Shown one piece after another: positions 61,494-64,000 of a stretch of 64,000 nt of DNA. This stretch comes from Tubulanus polymorphus (lineage: Eukaryota; Animalia; Nemertea). The stretch lies in contig NC_134026.1 of assembly GCF_964204645.1 (NCBI RefSeq), positions 24,462,150-24,526,149 of the forward strand. Reading direction: 5' to 3'. A program made the translations under genes and the position numbers. Every line of letters starts with the position of its first letter. Within the stretch, counting starts at the first letter, position 1. A model generated the notes under the pieces. That model was not told the DNA's origin, made no database searches, and saw nothing but the letters and a program-made list of their open reading frames with translations.

Positions 61494-64000
61494 CTGGAAA
61501 ACAGAAGCACAATTGAAATTAGAACCGGCCTTTCATACTGGCTGTCGGATGCTAAGACACATAAATATGTAGAGAAAAACATCTAAGATTTGGAGACAAG
61601 TGACGGAGAGTCAATGATCAAAAACATACACAACTTAAACCATTACGCAACGGATGCATTCAAATTATATACACAGTAAAAAAAACCAGGACTTCGATGG
61701 GGAGGGAGTGAACCAATTCACAGAATTACAATTAAGAAGATTATCGAATTGGAAAACAGGTAATACAGATCTAAATGAAAAATCTATCTTGTGAAAACAA
61801 TCAGGGTTATCGTTATATAGCCTATACACGAGCATACTTGGAGGTTAATGAAGTTAAACTGTTCGCTTAACACAGGTGATTATTTACAAAAAACATTTTG
61901 AAGTTGATCCTATGATTTAACATAGAATTGGTGCAACCAGTATGTTAACTGTAATAGAGTTCATAATCCCAACTATTCAATGGATTACATTGGCATTAAA
62001 TCTAAATGGTGTTTGGTTAGAAAAAAATGGTTATGTACACAAATTAGTTAGATGCCTGTCCCACAAATACAATTCATGAAATACACGTTTGATTATTACA
62101 CCAACACTAGAAAATTCAGGCATAGCAGTTATTTTACTTAATCATCTAAGCACAAGGACAAAAGTTTCAAAGTGACTTTAAAAAAGCTATCCTGACTGAA
62201 AAGTATACATATTTAGGATACACAAGTGCTATGACTGAAGTTAACCGGTGTAAACCCAACACAGAAATATTTTTAGAATCATTATTCTAAGAAACCACAT
62301 CCAACCTCGACTGATGATATTGTTGTCTTTATCGTGATTATCACCACCGATTTTCAGCAGATCAAAGCTAGGCCCTTTCATTAACAAAAAAGAAAATACA
62401 GAGGAAAAATATGTTAATACCAAATTTCGAATTCGAAGAAAAAGAAATACCATCGATTTCATCACATCATAACAGTTCTAAAAGGCTGGAATATTATTTA
62501 GCGCTGATCAAGTGTGATCTCTCTAATAGAGAGCAATTCAACCTGCTAATGGATTTTCACTAATAGAAGGTATAGCTATGGCTTTCAACACTCAGATAAA
62601 CCAGAGGGGAAATCGTTCATATCAAACCTTATGTTTAACGAAAATTACAATAGCAAAGTAGAAGGAATCAGAACAGAAAAAAAAACGAAAAAATCAAACA
62701 AACAAAATATAATAGTTTTCAGAAACCCATTAGTGAAGGATAATGGTACAGTGACGGGGGTCATCAGCATCTTTCCACAGTTGCTGAAGGAAGTAAGAAT
62801 ACTCCAGTTAAATCAATAGCCCATTTCCCGAGGAACAGTGTGCGATGATACAGGTCACTCCGTTCACAATATCCTGACTAAGATTTCCTGTGCAGACCCA
62901 TAGACCTCGACCGACAAATATTAATGAGATAAAGATAATGTAACAGATTAATATTCAAAATGACAACACACAGGCTGGCACAAGCTTCCATGGCATGAGA
63001 TTCACAGTTAATTCCCACACACACACACACGCGCGCGAAATTGTGCATGAACCAAGAATCACTGGTACCAGGAATATTAATTCGATTTGATCAAACCTAG
63101 CACATCACCTTTTCCGAATACATGTACATCAATAAACAATTATCTGAACTTAAATGACGTTCGGAAAAATAACAGGAAAATGCTCTCAGGCTGGACAAAT
63201 TGAAAAATAAATTGTACAACAAGTATTACTTCATGACCAGTCAGACTGTCTTATTGTGCAAAAATGTATACAATTTGATGTGCTTTCGCAAATGATTCAA
63301 TAATTTTGACTGGAAATGAATGTAGGGACTTACAGCGGACAATCTTAAAATAAGGTGCACAAAGCCCAGCGGGTACAAAGTACAGATGCAACTGTACACC
63401 ATTTTAACGAGAGGAAAAGTGAATATAGCAAAACATAGACACATTTCAACTTTATCCATCACTCTCAACAAGCTTTCAATGCATATGTATTCAATCAACC
63501 GATGATATTTCTATCAAAGGCTTATCTAAGAAATATTAGGGCATTCATTCATCACTTTCTTTATGATTGCAACACTAGAAAAGAGGATGCTTATTATTGT
63601 GTTATAAAAGCATTTTTTTCTACAGATGCTTAAATTTTTGATACATAATCATATAGCGATAATTAAAACATCTATTCTATTAACCATAATTGAAAGTGAA
63701 CTAAATAAAGCGTGAGCAACTAAATAAATAAAGTAAATGTGTCCAGATTTTTGCATCTATTTACATCGTGAACCCCGGAGACCAGCTGGACTGCGACTCC
63801 GTTCTATAAACGGACTGAGCTTGTTCCAGTTATACTCATTATTTGTGTTGATAGGGACTTCGTCTGAAAACAAACAGACAACTTACAGTGAAGAAACATA
63901 AAAACTAGTGTGAAACATATAACCGTACATTAGTGTGATCAGTTCTGTGAGGCCACCAAAAAAATCTAACAACTCTAGCGTTAACAGCTTTTTCATAAAA

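Noticed and set aside
63770-63835. tRNA/SINE-like stretch on the minus strand
   Set aside because: A-box-like AGCTCAGTC is present but there is no convincing B box or cloverleaf.

Overview
AT-rich, intron-containing animal genomic DNA (invertebrate bilaterian, plausibly a spiralian; not determinable from the window alone). Host genes read from the sequence: a KLF1/2/4-type zinc-finger factor (+); a single-coding-exon 550-aa protein built of two degenerate GIY-YIG-like modules (-); a secreted EMI + 4xFAS1 TGFBI/periostin-like protein (-) head-to-head with a sidestep/nephrin-like 5xIg-FN3-TM receptor (+); the vesicular GABA/glycine transporter VIAAT/VGAT (-, 2 coding exons); a TPR-like protein with a C-terminal HPD J-domain (+); and the 3' part of FCHO1/2 (-), which continues past the window end. 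The most unusual element is a 9.1-kb DNA transposon (42241-51372). It has imperfect ~53-bp TIRs, an exact 7-bp TSD (ATTGAAG) and a subterminal 68-bp minisatellite. It carries a spliced gene joining an NRF1/EWG-like DNA-binding domain to the tail of a Ulp1 protease and a PHD finger, but the middle of the gene (including any transposase) appears deleted and patched with a 45-bp templated filler. It appears to sit in the promoter/5' end of the TPR-J gene. Also present: Penelope-type minimal hammerhead ribozymes, a foldback-like element, several MITEs, a perfect 72-bp palindrome, a (GT)118 microsatellite and two local tandem duplications. Exon boundaries and domain calls come from manual reading and remembered motifs; no searches were run.
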